NCBI GenBank assembly: GCA_028278065.1
Contig: JANQFA010000251.1
Location: 11,186 to 75,185, forward strand
DNA length: 64,000 bases
Source of the DNA: Myxococcota bacterium
GTDB taxonomy: Bacteria > Myxococcota_A > UBA9160 > JAFDET01
Reading direction: 5' to 3'
The notes under the pieces were generated by a model. It was not told the origin of the DNA. It saw only the letters and a list, made by a program, of their open reading frames with translations, and did not search any database. The position numbers were made by a program, and so were the translations under genes. Below are positions 27,297 through 35,266 of the stretch, in pieces (within the stretch, counting starts at the first letter, position 1; every line of letters begins with the position of its first letter).

Positions 27297-27907
27297 TGGC
27301 ACGCCTGCTGGGCAGCCTCGTGCTCCTCCTGCTGCTGGCTCTCGCGGTGGGGCTGCCGCGCGTGCCGATGTTCCGGCAAGGGGCGGAGGAGGGCGTCGCC
27401 CGCGCCGATGTCGCGGGCGCGGTCGGCACGGTGGGAGAGCGGCTACCGGACTTCACCCTCCACACGCTGGACGGTGCTCGGCTGCGCCTCGAGGACCTGC
27501 GCGGGCATCGCGTCCTGCTCGCCTTCGAACGCAGCCTCGACTGGTGACCCTTCACCAAGACGCGGCTCGTGGAGCTGCGCGACGTCTTTCGGGAGGGCGG
27601 TGTGCTCGACGACGTGGTGATCGTCTACGTCGTGGCGGGAAACCAGATGACGCCGAAGACCTCCCAGTTCCTGGCGAGCCACGGACTCGAGGACGCGGTG
27701 CGTCTGGCGATCGATCCGGAGAGCGCCGCGATCGACCGGCTGGGCCTGCGGCGCCCGGATCCCGAACCGATCGAGGCCGGCGTCCCGCACCCGGCCACCT
27801 ACGTGCTCGACCGCGAGGGGGTGGTCCGCTTCGTGGACGTGCGGGAGGACTTCCACTTCTGGCTGGATCCCGAGCTGCCCCTGCGCGCCCTCGCCGAGAT
27901 CCCCTGA
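27296..27907 (+). CDS. exported thioredoxin-fold (AhpC/TSA / redoxin-like) protein with in-frame TGA at 27545-27547, candidate selenocysteine
   Basis: ORFs 26903..27547 and 27569..27907 share one frame. Read through, the junction is VLLAFERSLDW-TGA-PFTKTRLVEL, placing the TGA at the catalytic Cys position. LPDFTL, HPATYVLDREGVV and a signal peptide are present. GC3 bias is continuous across the TGA. Confidence 0.6.
27561..27579 (+). promoter_or_regulatory. SECIS-like stem-loop downstream of the in-frame TGA
   Basis: cgcggctc-gtg-gagctgcg forms 8 bp (one G-U) with a G/U apical loop and starts 13 nt after the TGA. An optional lower helix pairs aaga (27557-60) with tctt (27585-88). Confidence 0.4.
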
Positions 27908-27986
27908 CCCGGGCGGCTCGGAGTCCTTCGCCGGAATCTCCATGACTGGGAAGGCTCTCGCCCTGCGCCTTCCCGACCCGGACGGC

Positions 27987-28730
27987 TCAGAGCAGGCCGG
28001 CGCTTCTCTGGGGGTCGAGCTCGTTGAAGTTCTGCAGGGACCAGACGTGGCCGGCCTGGCCGAGGGGCCGGGCCTGGCTGACCGAGTAGGCGCCGAGGGC
28101 GCTCTCGAAGCGCAGCCACTCCCAGGGAACCGGGCGGATGTCCAGCAGGTGCGTGAGCAGCACGGCGTTGGTCCCGCCGTGGGCCACGACGACGACGCTC
28201 GGCGCGGTGCCCTCGGGCACGTGCCACACGGTGAAGTCCTTCTCGCGCGTGGGGGTGATGCCGTGCCGGCCGAGGACTCCCTCGAGCGCACCGACGGCTC
28301 GCTCGTGGAAGCCGGTGAAGTTCTCGCCTCCAGGCCAGCCGTCCCAGTGCTCTTCGAGGGGACGGCGCGAGGCCTCCACGAACATGCGGTCCACCTCGTC
28401 CTGGGTGAGGCCGTCGAAGCGTACGCCGATCTCGCGCAGGTCCTCGACCGTGACCGGATCGAGCCCGGTCAGCTCGGCCAGCGGACGTGCCGTCTCCTGG
28501 GCCCGCGGGTACGGGCTGACGTAGATGGCATCGACCCCGTCGCGGGCGATCGCTTCGGCCGAGGCACGGGCCTGCTTGCGGCCGTAGGGCGTGAGGCCCG
28601 GGTGGCGCACCGTGGGTCCGTCCTCGGGGGCCCAGTCGGGCTCGCCGTGCCGGAGCAGGGTGATGCGCGGCAGGCGCTGGGCGCGGACCTGCACCTCACG
28701 GCGTGCCGAGGGTCCGGGATCGGCGGGCAT
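27987..28730 (-). CDS. histidine phosphatase (phosphoglycerate-mutase-like) family protein
   Basis: RHG motif in TLLRHGEPDW. Second catalytic His in VVVAHGGTN. Confidence 0.85.
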   Translation of the reverse strand: MPADPGPSARREVQVRAQRLPRITLLRHGEPDWAPEDGPTVRHPGLTPYGRKQARASAEAIARDGVDAIYVSPYPRAQETARPLAELTGLDPVTVEDLREIGVRFDGLTQDEVDRMFVEASRRPLEEHWDGWPGGENFTGFHERAVGALEGVLGRHGITPTREKDFTVWHVPEGTAPSVVVVAHGGTNAVLLTHLLDIRPVPWEWLRFESALGAYSVSQARPLGQAGHVWSLQNFNELDPQRSAGLL

Positions 28731-28814
28731 CGTCTTCCTCCGCAGGAGGGCGGGAGACTAACGGACGCCCTTGGGGACGCGAGCGGCGCGCGGGCTCCGC
28801 TACCCTGGCTCGCC

Positions 28815-29600
28815 ATGGCTGGACGGATTCGAATCGAGAAGGAGGACGGGCTCGGGTGGATCGTGTTCGATCACCCGGAGCGACGGAACGCGATCTCCGT
28901 GGAGATGTGGCGGGACATCCCCAAGGCGACCGCAGAGCTCGCCGACGATCCCGACGTGCGCGTCGTGGTGATGCGCGGCGCGGGCGACGTGGCCTTCGTG
29001 TCGGGCGCCGACATCTCGGAGTTCGGACAGACGCGCACCGGAGCCGAGGCCGCCCGCACCTACGACGCGGGCAATGCCGCCGCCTTCGTGGCGCTGGCCA
29101 CCCTGGAGAAGCCGCTGATCGCGATGATCCACGGCTTCTGCGTCGGCGGGGGCTGTGCCATCTCGCTGAACGCGGACCTCCGCTTCGCGGCGGAGGACGC
29201 CATCTTCGCCATCCCCGCCGCGCGGCTGGGCCTGGGCTACGCCATGGGCGGGATCCAGGCGCTGGTCGACCTCGTGGGGCCGAGCCGAGCCAAGGAGATC
29301 TTCTTCACGGCACGCCGCTTCGACGCCGCGGAAGCGGCGGACATGGGTCTGGTGAACGCGGTGCTTCCCAAGGCCGAGCTCGAGGGCCACGTGCGCGCGG
29401 TCGCCGCGCAGATCGCCGGCAACGCACCGCTGACGGTGCGGGCGGTCAAGCGATCCGTGACCGAGCTGGCGAAGGCGCCCGACCAGCGGGACTACGACGC
29501 CGTGAGCGAGATGGTGCGGGCCTGCTTCGAGAGCGACGACTACAAGGAGGGCGTGAAGGCCTTCCTCGAGAAGCGCCCGCCGCGCTTCCGGGGCCGCTAG
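28815..29600 (+). CDS. enoyl-CoA hydratase/isomerase (crotonase) family protein
   Basis: Motifs GAGDVAFVSGADISEF and GFCVGGGCAI. C-terminal EGVKAFLEKRPPRF. Confidence 0.9.
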   Translation: MAGRIRIEKEDGLGWIVFDHPERRNAISVEMWRDIPKATAELADDPDVRVVVMRGAGDVAFVSGADISEFGQTRTGAEAARTYDAGNAAAFVALATLEKPLIAMIHGFCVGGGCAISLNADLRFAAEDAIFAIPAARLGLGYAMGGIQALVDLVGPSRAKEIFFTARRFDAAEAADMGLVNAVLPKAELEGHVRAVAAQIAGNAPLTVRAVKRSVTELAKAPDQRDYDAVSEMVRACFESDDYKEGVKAFLEKRPPRFRGR

Positions 29601-29603
29601 CCG

Positions 29604-30782
29604 TTGCGCCCGCCTCCCCTTGCGGGCGTTCGCGTCCTGGACCTGACCCGCTACCTGGCGGGTCCCTTCTGCACGATGCTGCTCGGCGACTACGGCGCCG
29701 ACGTGGTGAAGGTGGAGCCCCGCAGCGGCCGCGAGTTCCGTCCGGCCGGCGCGACGCGCGACTCCTACTTCTTCCTCTCCGCGAACCGCAACAAGCGCTC
29801 GATGACGCTCGACCTCAAGCGGGACGCGGGGCGTGCGCTCTTCCTCCGCATGCTGCCGCACTTCGACGTGGTGGTGGAGAACTTCCGGCCGGGGGTGATG
29901 CAGGGGCTGGGGCTCGGGCCGGACACCCTGCGCGAGCGCCACCGGCGGCTCGTCTACTGTGGGATCTCCGGCTATGGCCCGGACGGCCCCTACGCCGCAC
30001 GACCCGGCTTCGATCAGATCGCCCAGGGAATGAGCGGCTTCATGAGCGTGACCGGAACCGAGGAGAGCGGGCCGACGCGCGCCGGCGTCGCCATCGGTGA
30101 CCTCCTCGGCGGGATGTTCGCGGCCCAGGGCATCCAGCTCGCCCTCCTCGAGCGCGAGCGCAGTGGCGAGGGGCAGGTGGTGGACGCCTCGCTCCTCGAG
30201 AGCATGATCGGGATCCTGAGCTGGTCGGCCGGGCTCTACTTCGACTCGGGCCAGGCCCCGGGACCGGCAGGACAACACCACCCGCTCTCCTCACCCTACG
30301 GCCGCTTCCGCGCGCGCGACGGGTACATCAACATCGCGGCGGGTCGCCCGTCGATGTTCGAGCACCTGGCCGACGCCCTCGGCCGTCCCGACTGGAAGAC
30401 CGACGAGCGTTTCCGCGACGTGGTGCCGCGCCTCGCCAATCGCGACGCCCTCACCGCCGAGATCGAGGCCGCTCTGGCAGGCGACGACGTGGCCCACTGG
30501 GTGGAGGTCATCAACGCGGCCGGCGTCCCCGCCGGCCCGGTCCTCGACCTGGAGCAGGTCTTCTCCGACCCGCAGGTCCTCGCGCGCGAGATGCTGGTCG
30601 AGATGCCCCACCCGGAGGTCGGCATCTTCAAGACCACCGGCCTCCCCGTGAAGCTGGGCGGCAGCCCCGGCAGCATCCGTCGCGCGCCCCCGCTGCTGGG
30701 CGAGCACACCGAGGCGGTGCTGGGGGAGTGCGGGCTGGCGCCGGAGGAGATCGCGGAGCTGCGCGAGCGGGAGGTGGTCTAG
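29604..30782 (+). CDS. family III CoA-transferase (CaiB/BaiF)
   Basis: GVRVLDLTRYLAGPFCTMLLGDYGADVVKVE. Catalytic Asp context GVAIGDLLGG. C-terminal PLLGEHT. TTG start. Confidence 0.9.
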   Translation: MRPPPLAGVRVLDLTRYLAGPFCTMLLGDYGADVVKVEPRSGREFRPAGATRDSYFFLSANRNKRSMTLDLKRDAGRALFLRMLPHFDVVVENFRPGVMQGLGLGPDTLRERHRRLVYCGISGYGPDGPYAARPGFDQIAQGMSGFMSVTGTEESGPTRAGVAIGDLLGGMFAAQGIQLALLERERSGEGQVVDASLLESMIGILSWSAGLYFDSGQAPGPAGQHHPLSSPYGRFRARDGYINIAAGRPSMFEHLADALGRPDWKTDERFRDVVPRLANRDALTAEIEAALAGDDVAHWVEVINAAGVPAGPVLDLEQVFSDPQVLAREMLVEMPHPEVGIFKTTGLPVKLGGSPGSIRRAPPLLGEHTEAVLGECGLAPEEIAELREREVV

Positions 30783-30805
30783 CTCGCGGCGCCGCCGGGA
30801 AGGGC

Positions 30806-31429
30806 TCAGTCCAGCCGCGCCAGCAGGGCGTCCCGCGGGCCCGACGGCAGGCGGGCCGCCGTGCGGCCCGCGCTGCGGGCGAGGGCCTGGGTTCCAGCGG
30901 TGCCGACGCCCAGGGCGCGCAGCGCCGCGCTGGCGCGACCGGCGCGCTCGAAGGCGTCGCCGGCGCGCGAGAGCTCGCCGTCGCGCGACTTCTCGGGGAG
31001 CTCGGCGGCACGAGCTCGGCGGATCTCCATGGCGGCGACACCGCGCGCCGTGGCGCGACGCAGCCGGCGGATGCCAGCCAGACGGTGGCCTGCCGGGCCC
31101 AGATGGAGTCGCGCTCGCGCGCCCGCCGCGGCCACCAGGGCGAGCCATGGCGCCAGGGCGGCGCCGGCGGGCAGGGCGGCCAGCGACACCGCCAGGCCCG
31201 CCGGTGCAGCCAGGCGTGGGGCCGGATCGAAGAGCGCGGCCAGCCCCACCAGCGTGAAGGCCACACGCAGCGGAGCCTCGGGTAGCAACGCAGCCGGCGC
31301 GCCCAGCACGGAGAGCCCCAGCCAGGCGGCGGCCAGGCCCCAGCGCAGGATGCGGTCCAGACCGGCAACCGCGGCCCCCAGGTCCGCGTCGTCGGGGGTG
31401 CCGGGCAGATCGAGCACCTCGTGGGTCAT
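30806..31429 (-). CDS. hypothetical membrane protein
   Basis: 207 aa from ATG 31429 (MTHEVLDLPG). Three to four hydrophobic segments, and better GC3 bias than the overlapping plus-strand Arg/Ala-rich ORFs. No recognisable motif. Confidence 0.45.
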   Translation of the reverse strand: MTHEVLDLPGTPDDADLGAAVAGLDRILRWGLAAAWLGLSVLGAPAALLPEAPLRVAFTLVGLAALFDPAPRLAAPAGLAVSLAALPAGAALAPWLALVAAAGARARLHLGPAGHRLAGIRRLRRATARGVAAMEIRRARAAELPEKSRDGELSRAGDAFERAGRASAALRALGVGTAGTQALARSAGRTAARLPSGPRDALLARLD

Positions 31430-31498
31430 GCGAACGAGGATACAGGCACGTGGCCGGTCCTCCGAAAATCCGGTAGACGTTCGCGCAAGGAGTCCTCC

Positions 31499-32587
31499 AT
31501 GTCTTCGAATCCCCGTTGGCGGGTCGCCGTGGTAGGCGCCACGGGCATGGCCGGCCAGCAGTTCCTGGTCTCGCTCTCGAATCATCCCTGGTTCGAGCTG
31601 ACCACCCTCGCTGCGAGCGAGCGGAGCGCGGGGAAGCCCTACCGCGAGGCCATCGCCCGTAGCGACGGGTCCTCCACCTGGCTCTGCGACGAGGTCTTCC
31701 CGGAGCAGTTCGCCGACCGGAAGGTGGTGGCAGCGCCGGAGCTGGATCTCTCCAACGTGGACCTGGTCTTCTCGGCGGTGGAGTCCGACGCGGCGCGCCA
31801 GCTCGAGCCGATCTACGCGGCCGAGGTGCCGGTCATCTCGACGGCCTCGGCCTTCCGCTACGAGGACGACGTGCCCGTGCTGATCCCGGGCGTCAACCTG
31901 GAGCAGGCCGCCCTGCTGAAGCGCCAGCAGCGCGAGCGGGGCTGGAAGGGATGGATCACGCCCCAGCCCAACTGCACGACGATCGGACTGGTCATCGCGC
32001 TGGCCCCGCTGGTTCGCCAGTTCGGCCTCGAGCGGGTCTTCATGACCTCCATGCAGGCCCTCTCCGGCGCCGGCAAGAGCCCTGGCATCGCGGCCATGGA
32101 CGTCCTCGACAACGTGATTCCCTACATCCCCCAGGAGGAGGAGAAGGTCGAGAAGGAGACGCGAAAGGTCCTCGGCCGCCTCGAGGGCGAGGCGATCGTT
32201 CCGCTCGATCTCCCGGTCTCGGCAACCTGTACGCGGGTGAACGTCCGCGACGGCCACTTCGAGTCGGTCGTGGCCGCGCTCGCCCGTGAGGCGTCACTGG
32301 ACGAGGTGGCGGGAGCGCTCGCCGCCTTCGGGCGCGAGTTCACCGACCTCGGACTGCCCTCGTCGCCGCCCGAGCTGATCCGCGTGCTGGACGATCCCTA
32401 CCGGCCCCAGCCGCGCCTGGACCGCGATCTGAACGACGGCATGACCACCGTCGTCGGCCGGCTCAGGGAGGACCACGCCCTGGAGCGCGGCGTGAAGTTC
32501 TGCCTCCTTTCGCACAACACCAAGATGGGTGCGGCCAAGGGGGCGGTCCTGCTTGCGGAGTACCTGGTCCAGCAGGGCATTTCGTAG
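31499..32587 (+). CDS. asd: aspartate-semialdehyde dehydrogenase (archaeal/fungal-type branch)
   Basis: AAGGAG RBS. Motif VVGATGMAGQQF, active-site Cys in QPNCTTIG, and SGAG plus the C-terminal HNTKMGAAKGAV. Confidence 0.9.
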   Translation: MSSNPRWRVAVVGATGMAGQQFLVSLSNHPWFELTTLAASERSAGKPYREAIARSDGSSTWLCDEVFPEQFADRKVVAAPELDLSNVDLVFSAVESDAARQLEPIYAAEVPVISTASAFRYEDDVPVLIPGVNLEQAALLKRQQRERGWKGWITPQPNCTTIGLVIALAPLVRQFGLERVFMTSMQALSGAGKSPGIAAMDVLDNVIPYIPQEEEKVEKETRKVLGRLEGEAIVPLDLPVSATCTRVNVRDGHFESVVAALAREASLDEVAGALAAFGREFTDLGLPSSPPELIRVLDDPYRPQPRLDRDLNDGMTTVVGRLREDHALERGVKFCLLSHNTKMGAAKGAVLLAEYLVQQGIS

Positions 32588-32593
32588 GAAAAA

Positions 32594-32608
32594 GGACCCA
32601 TAGGGTCC
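32594..32608. terminator. hairpin GGACCC-ATA-GGGTCC after asd
   Basis: 6-bp stem preceded by AAAAA (a U-tract if read on the minus strand). A TTTTT run lies 12 nt downstream on the plus strand. Confidence 0.3.
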
Positions 32609-32641
32609 GCTCGCTCGGGTTTTTCGCCCCCCAAACAGAAA

Positions 32642-32670
32642 TTGCTTTCAGGGCCTTGAGTTTCCATACT
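32642..32670 (+). promoter_or_regulatory. sigma70-like promoter candidate for the pal-like gene
   Basis: TTGCTT (32642-32647), 17 nt, CATACT (32665-32670), inside a locally AT-rich stretch. Confidence 0.3.
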
Positions 32671-32762
32671 CAAATGCCGATAGGCCCGAACGGCGCATGG
32701 AAATCGCGCCCGGGCCCGCTCGGAAGCGGCCGGCGGACGGGATCAAGGGGGAGGATCCGATC

Positions 32763-33242
32763 GTGCGAGGACTGACGAAGCTATCCGGAACCGTGGGTGT
32801 TGCGGCCCTGATGCTGGCCGTGGGCTGCGCCTCGGGCAGCCAGCAGGCCGGCAAGGGCGGGGCCTTCCGCGAGGGCGGGGCCGGTCGTCCGATCGCCACC
32901 AAGCCTGCGCCGGGTCTCGACACCGTGTACTTCGACTACGACCGCGCGGACATCCGCAGCGACGCACGCAGCTCGCTGCAGACCAACGCATCCGTGATCA
33001 AGGACAAGAACTGGGACGAGGTCGTGGTCGAGGGTCACTGTGACGAGCGGGGCAGCGAGGAGTACAACCTCGCGCTCGGCGAGCGCCGCGCCAACTCGGT
33101 CAAGCGCTACCTGATGAACCTGGGCGTGCCCGGCTCGAAGATCACCACGGTGAGCTACGGCGAGTCGCGCCCGGCCAAGCCGGGCCATGCGGAGAACGCC
33201 TGGCAGTACAACCGGCGCGTGGAGTTCGGTCTCCCGCGCTAG
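32763..33242 (+). CDS. pal: peptidoglycan-associated lipoprotein (Pal/OmpA family)
   Basis: GTG 32763 follows GGGGGAGGA. Lipobox LAVGCAS. OmpA-like domain motifs VYFDYDRADIR, GHCDERGSEEYNLALGERRA and YGESRP. The ORF could extend to ATG 32697. Confidence 0.8.
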   Translation: MRGLTKLSGTVGVAALMLAVGCASGSQQAGKGGAFREGGAGRPIATKPAPGLDTVYFDYDRADIRSDARSSLQTNASVIKDKNWDEVVVEGHCDERGSEEYNLALGERRANSVKRYLMNLGVPGSKITTVSYGESRPAKPGHAENAWQYNRRVEFGLPR

Positions 33243-33270
33243 CTCTTCTGCGAGTCGACGGAGGCTCTCG

Positions 33271-33308
33271 ACGGGGCGGTCCCATCCGGGGCCGCCCCGT
33301 TTCGTTGT
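33271..33308 (+). terminator. Rho-independent terminator after pal
   Basis: 13-bp GC-rich stem acggggcggtccc/ggggccgccccgt (one G-U), loop atcc, followed by tttcgttgt. Confidence 0.75.
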
Positions 33309-33353
33309 GGTACCGTGCCCCCGTCGGCAACCCCCACCTTCCGAGGTACCCCC

Positions 33354-35003
33354 ATGGCTTCTCTTCACGGCGGCAAGCTGGCCGCCAAGGCGCTCAAGGA
33401 AGCGGGCGTCGAGGTCGTCTTCACCCTCTCGGGCGGCCACATCATGCCCCTCTACGACGGCTGCATCGACGAGGGGATCAAGATCGTCGACGTGCGCCAC
33501 GAGCAGGCCGCCGTCCACGCGGCCGACGCCTGGGCGCGCTGCAATCCGGGCTCGATCGGCGTCGCGGCGATCACCGCGGGACCGGGCGTGACCGATGGCG
33601 TCACCGGCATCGCCAACGCCTGGCGCGCCAACTCGCCCATCCTCGTCTTCGGCGGGCAGGGTCCCTTCGAGAACCTGCGCCGCGGCTCGCTCCAGGAGAT
33701 GGACCACCTCGGCGTGGTCCGTCCCATCACCAAGTACTGCGACGCGATCTACCAGACTAAGCGCATCCCCGAGTACATCGAGCTGGCCATCCGCCACGCG
33801 GTGTCCGGAATCCCCGGTCCGGCCTATCTGGAGATCCCCATGGACGTGTTCATGGGGCAGGCGGAGGAGGCCGAGGCGCCGGTCCCGCGCATCCGCACCG
33901 AGCCGCCGCGCCTCTCGCCCGACAAGGTCGAGGTGCGCAAGGCCATCGAGATCCTGGCCGCCGCCGAGCGCCCCATGCTGATGGCGGGAACCAGCGTGAA
34001 GTGGTCGCACGCCTCCGCGGAGATGAACCGCTTCATCTCCGAGACCCACATCCCCACCTACACCAACGGGATGGGGCGGGGCTCCGTCCCCTACGACTCA
34101 GCCGAGTTCCTGAACCGCTCGCGGCGCGAGGCGCTCAAGCGGATCGACTGCATCATCCTGGCCGGCACCCTGCTGGACTTCCGCATGCGCTTCGGACAGA
34201 CGATTCCGGCCGACGCCAAGATCATCCAGCTCGACATGGACGCGACCCTGATCGGTCAGAACCGGCAGGCCGACGTGCCGCTGGTCGGAAACCTGGCCTG
34301 CACCTTCGAGCAGCTTCTCGACGAGATGAAGAACCAGGGCGTTTCCCTCGACTTCACGCCGTGGCGAGACGAGCTGCGCGAGGTGGAGAACGAGGCCGAG
34401 GCCAAGGTGGAGGCGGCCCTCAACAGCGACGAGGTTCCGATCGACCCCCAGCGCATGTGCCGCGAGGTGCGCGACTGGCTCGAGACCCAGAGCGATCCGA
34501 TCGTGATCGGCGACGGCGGCGACATCGTGGCGACCGCCGCGAAGATCCTGCCGGTCAAGGGCGAGGGCGCCTGGATGGATCCGGGGCCGCTGGGCACCCT
34601 CGGCGTGGGCATGCCCTTCGCGCTGGCCGCCAAGCTGGCTCACCCGGACCGTCCGGTGGTGATCATCTACGGCGACGGCTCGTTCGGGTTCAACGGCTTC
34701 GAGTTCGATACCGCCGTGCGCTTCGGACTGCCGATCATCGGGATCGTGGGCAACGACGCGGCCTGGGGCCAGATGATGCGACCGCAGGGCGCCATCTACG
34801 GGTGGGACCGCCTCGAGGGCGTGATCCTGAACCGCACCCGCTACGACAAGGTGGTCGAAGCGCTGGGCGGCCACGGAGAGCACTGCGAGAAGCCCGACGA
34901 GATCCGGCCCGCCCTGGAGCGCGCTGCCGCCAGCGGCAAGCCCGCCCTGATCAACGTCGAGATCCGCCAGGACCGCGACTACAAGGGCGGGATCTACGTA
35001 TAG
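33354..35003 (+). CDS. thiamine-diphosphate-dependent enzyme (oxalyl-CoA decarboxylase / 2-hydroxyacyl-CoA lyase / acetolactate-synthase-like)
   Basis: N-terminal HEQAAVHAAD and GPGVTDG. ThDP motif GDGSFGFNGFEFDTAVRFGLPIIGIVGNDAAWG. Exact substrate is unknown. Confidence 0.85.
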   Translation: MASLHGGKLAAKALKEAGVEVVFTLSGGHIMPLYDGCIDEGIKIVDVRHEQAAVHAADAWARCNPGSIGVAAITAGPGVTDGVTGIANAWRANSPILVFGGQGPFENLRRGSLQEMDHLGVVRPITKYCDAIYQTKRIPEYIELAIRHAVSGIPGPAYLEIPMDVFMGQAEEAEAPVPRIRTEPPRLSPDKVEVRKAIEILAAAERPMLMAGTSVKWSHASAEMNRFISETHIPTYTNGMGRGSVPYDSAEFLNRSRREALKRIDCIILAGTLLDFRMRFGQTIPADAKIIQLDMDATLIGQNRQADVPLVGNLACTFEQLLDEMKNQGVSLDFTPWRDELREVENEAEAKVEAALNSDEVPIDPQRMCREVRDWLETQSDPIVIGDGGDIVATAAKILPVKGEGAWMDPGPLGTLGVGMPFALAAKLAHPDRPVVIIYGDGSFGFNGFEFDTAVRFGLPIIGIVGNDAAWGQMMRPQGAIYGWDRLEGVILNRTRYDKVVEALGGHGEHCEKPDEIRPALERAAASGKPALINVEIRQDRDYKGGIYV

Positions 35004-35087
35004 AGAGAACGCGGCTCGGAGCCTCCCCCGCAAGCCCGCGAGGACAAGAAGGCGCTCTACACCGGATATGTCAGGGCGCGCAGCGAG

Positions 35088-35114
35088 CTCACCGCAGGCG
35101 AAGCCTGCGGTGAG
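35088..35114. repeat. perfect 12-bp inverted repeat CTCACCGCAGGC-GAA-GCCTGCGGTGAG
   Basis: Lies in the longest non-coding gap of the window (35004-35266). Flanked by GCGAG on both sides. No U-tract. Confidence 0.9.
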
Positions 35115-35266
35115 GCGAGCGAAGTCAGGAAGTTTGGAACCCGAGCCCGCGTCCATCTTCGCCGCCCTACGAGCCGGGGGACGCCACGTCTGACCTAGCG
35201 CCGCTCGAACTCCGCACCTCCTCCCCCGGCGAGCTCGGTCTCGACGGCGGCGTCCTGGCACGCCTC

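Noticed and set aside
29598-29606. TAG plus one codon, then an in-frame TTG start, between the enoyl-CoA hydratase and the CoA-transferase (possible read-through fusion).
   Set aside because: Both proteins are complete on their own: the crotonase tail EKRPPRFRGR is present, and the transferase begins with its usual N-terminal GVRVLDLT block. Nothing suggests recoding.
30728-31535. Plus-strand ORFs 30728..31285 and 30861..31535 as alternatives to the minus-strand hypothetical gene.
   Set aside because: Their translations are Arg/Ala/Gly/Ser-rich with poor third-position bias. The minus-strand frame gives hydrophobic helices and better GC3, though it still has only modest confidence.
33243-33353. 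A TPP riboswitch upstream of the ThDP-dependent enzyme.
   Set aside because: The region is explained by the strong pal terminator (33271-33308) plus a short leader. No THI-box-like CTGAGA/ACCTGA elements are seen.
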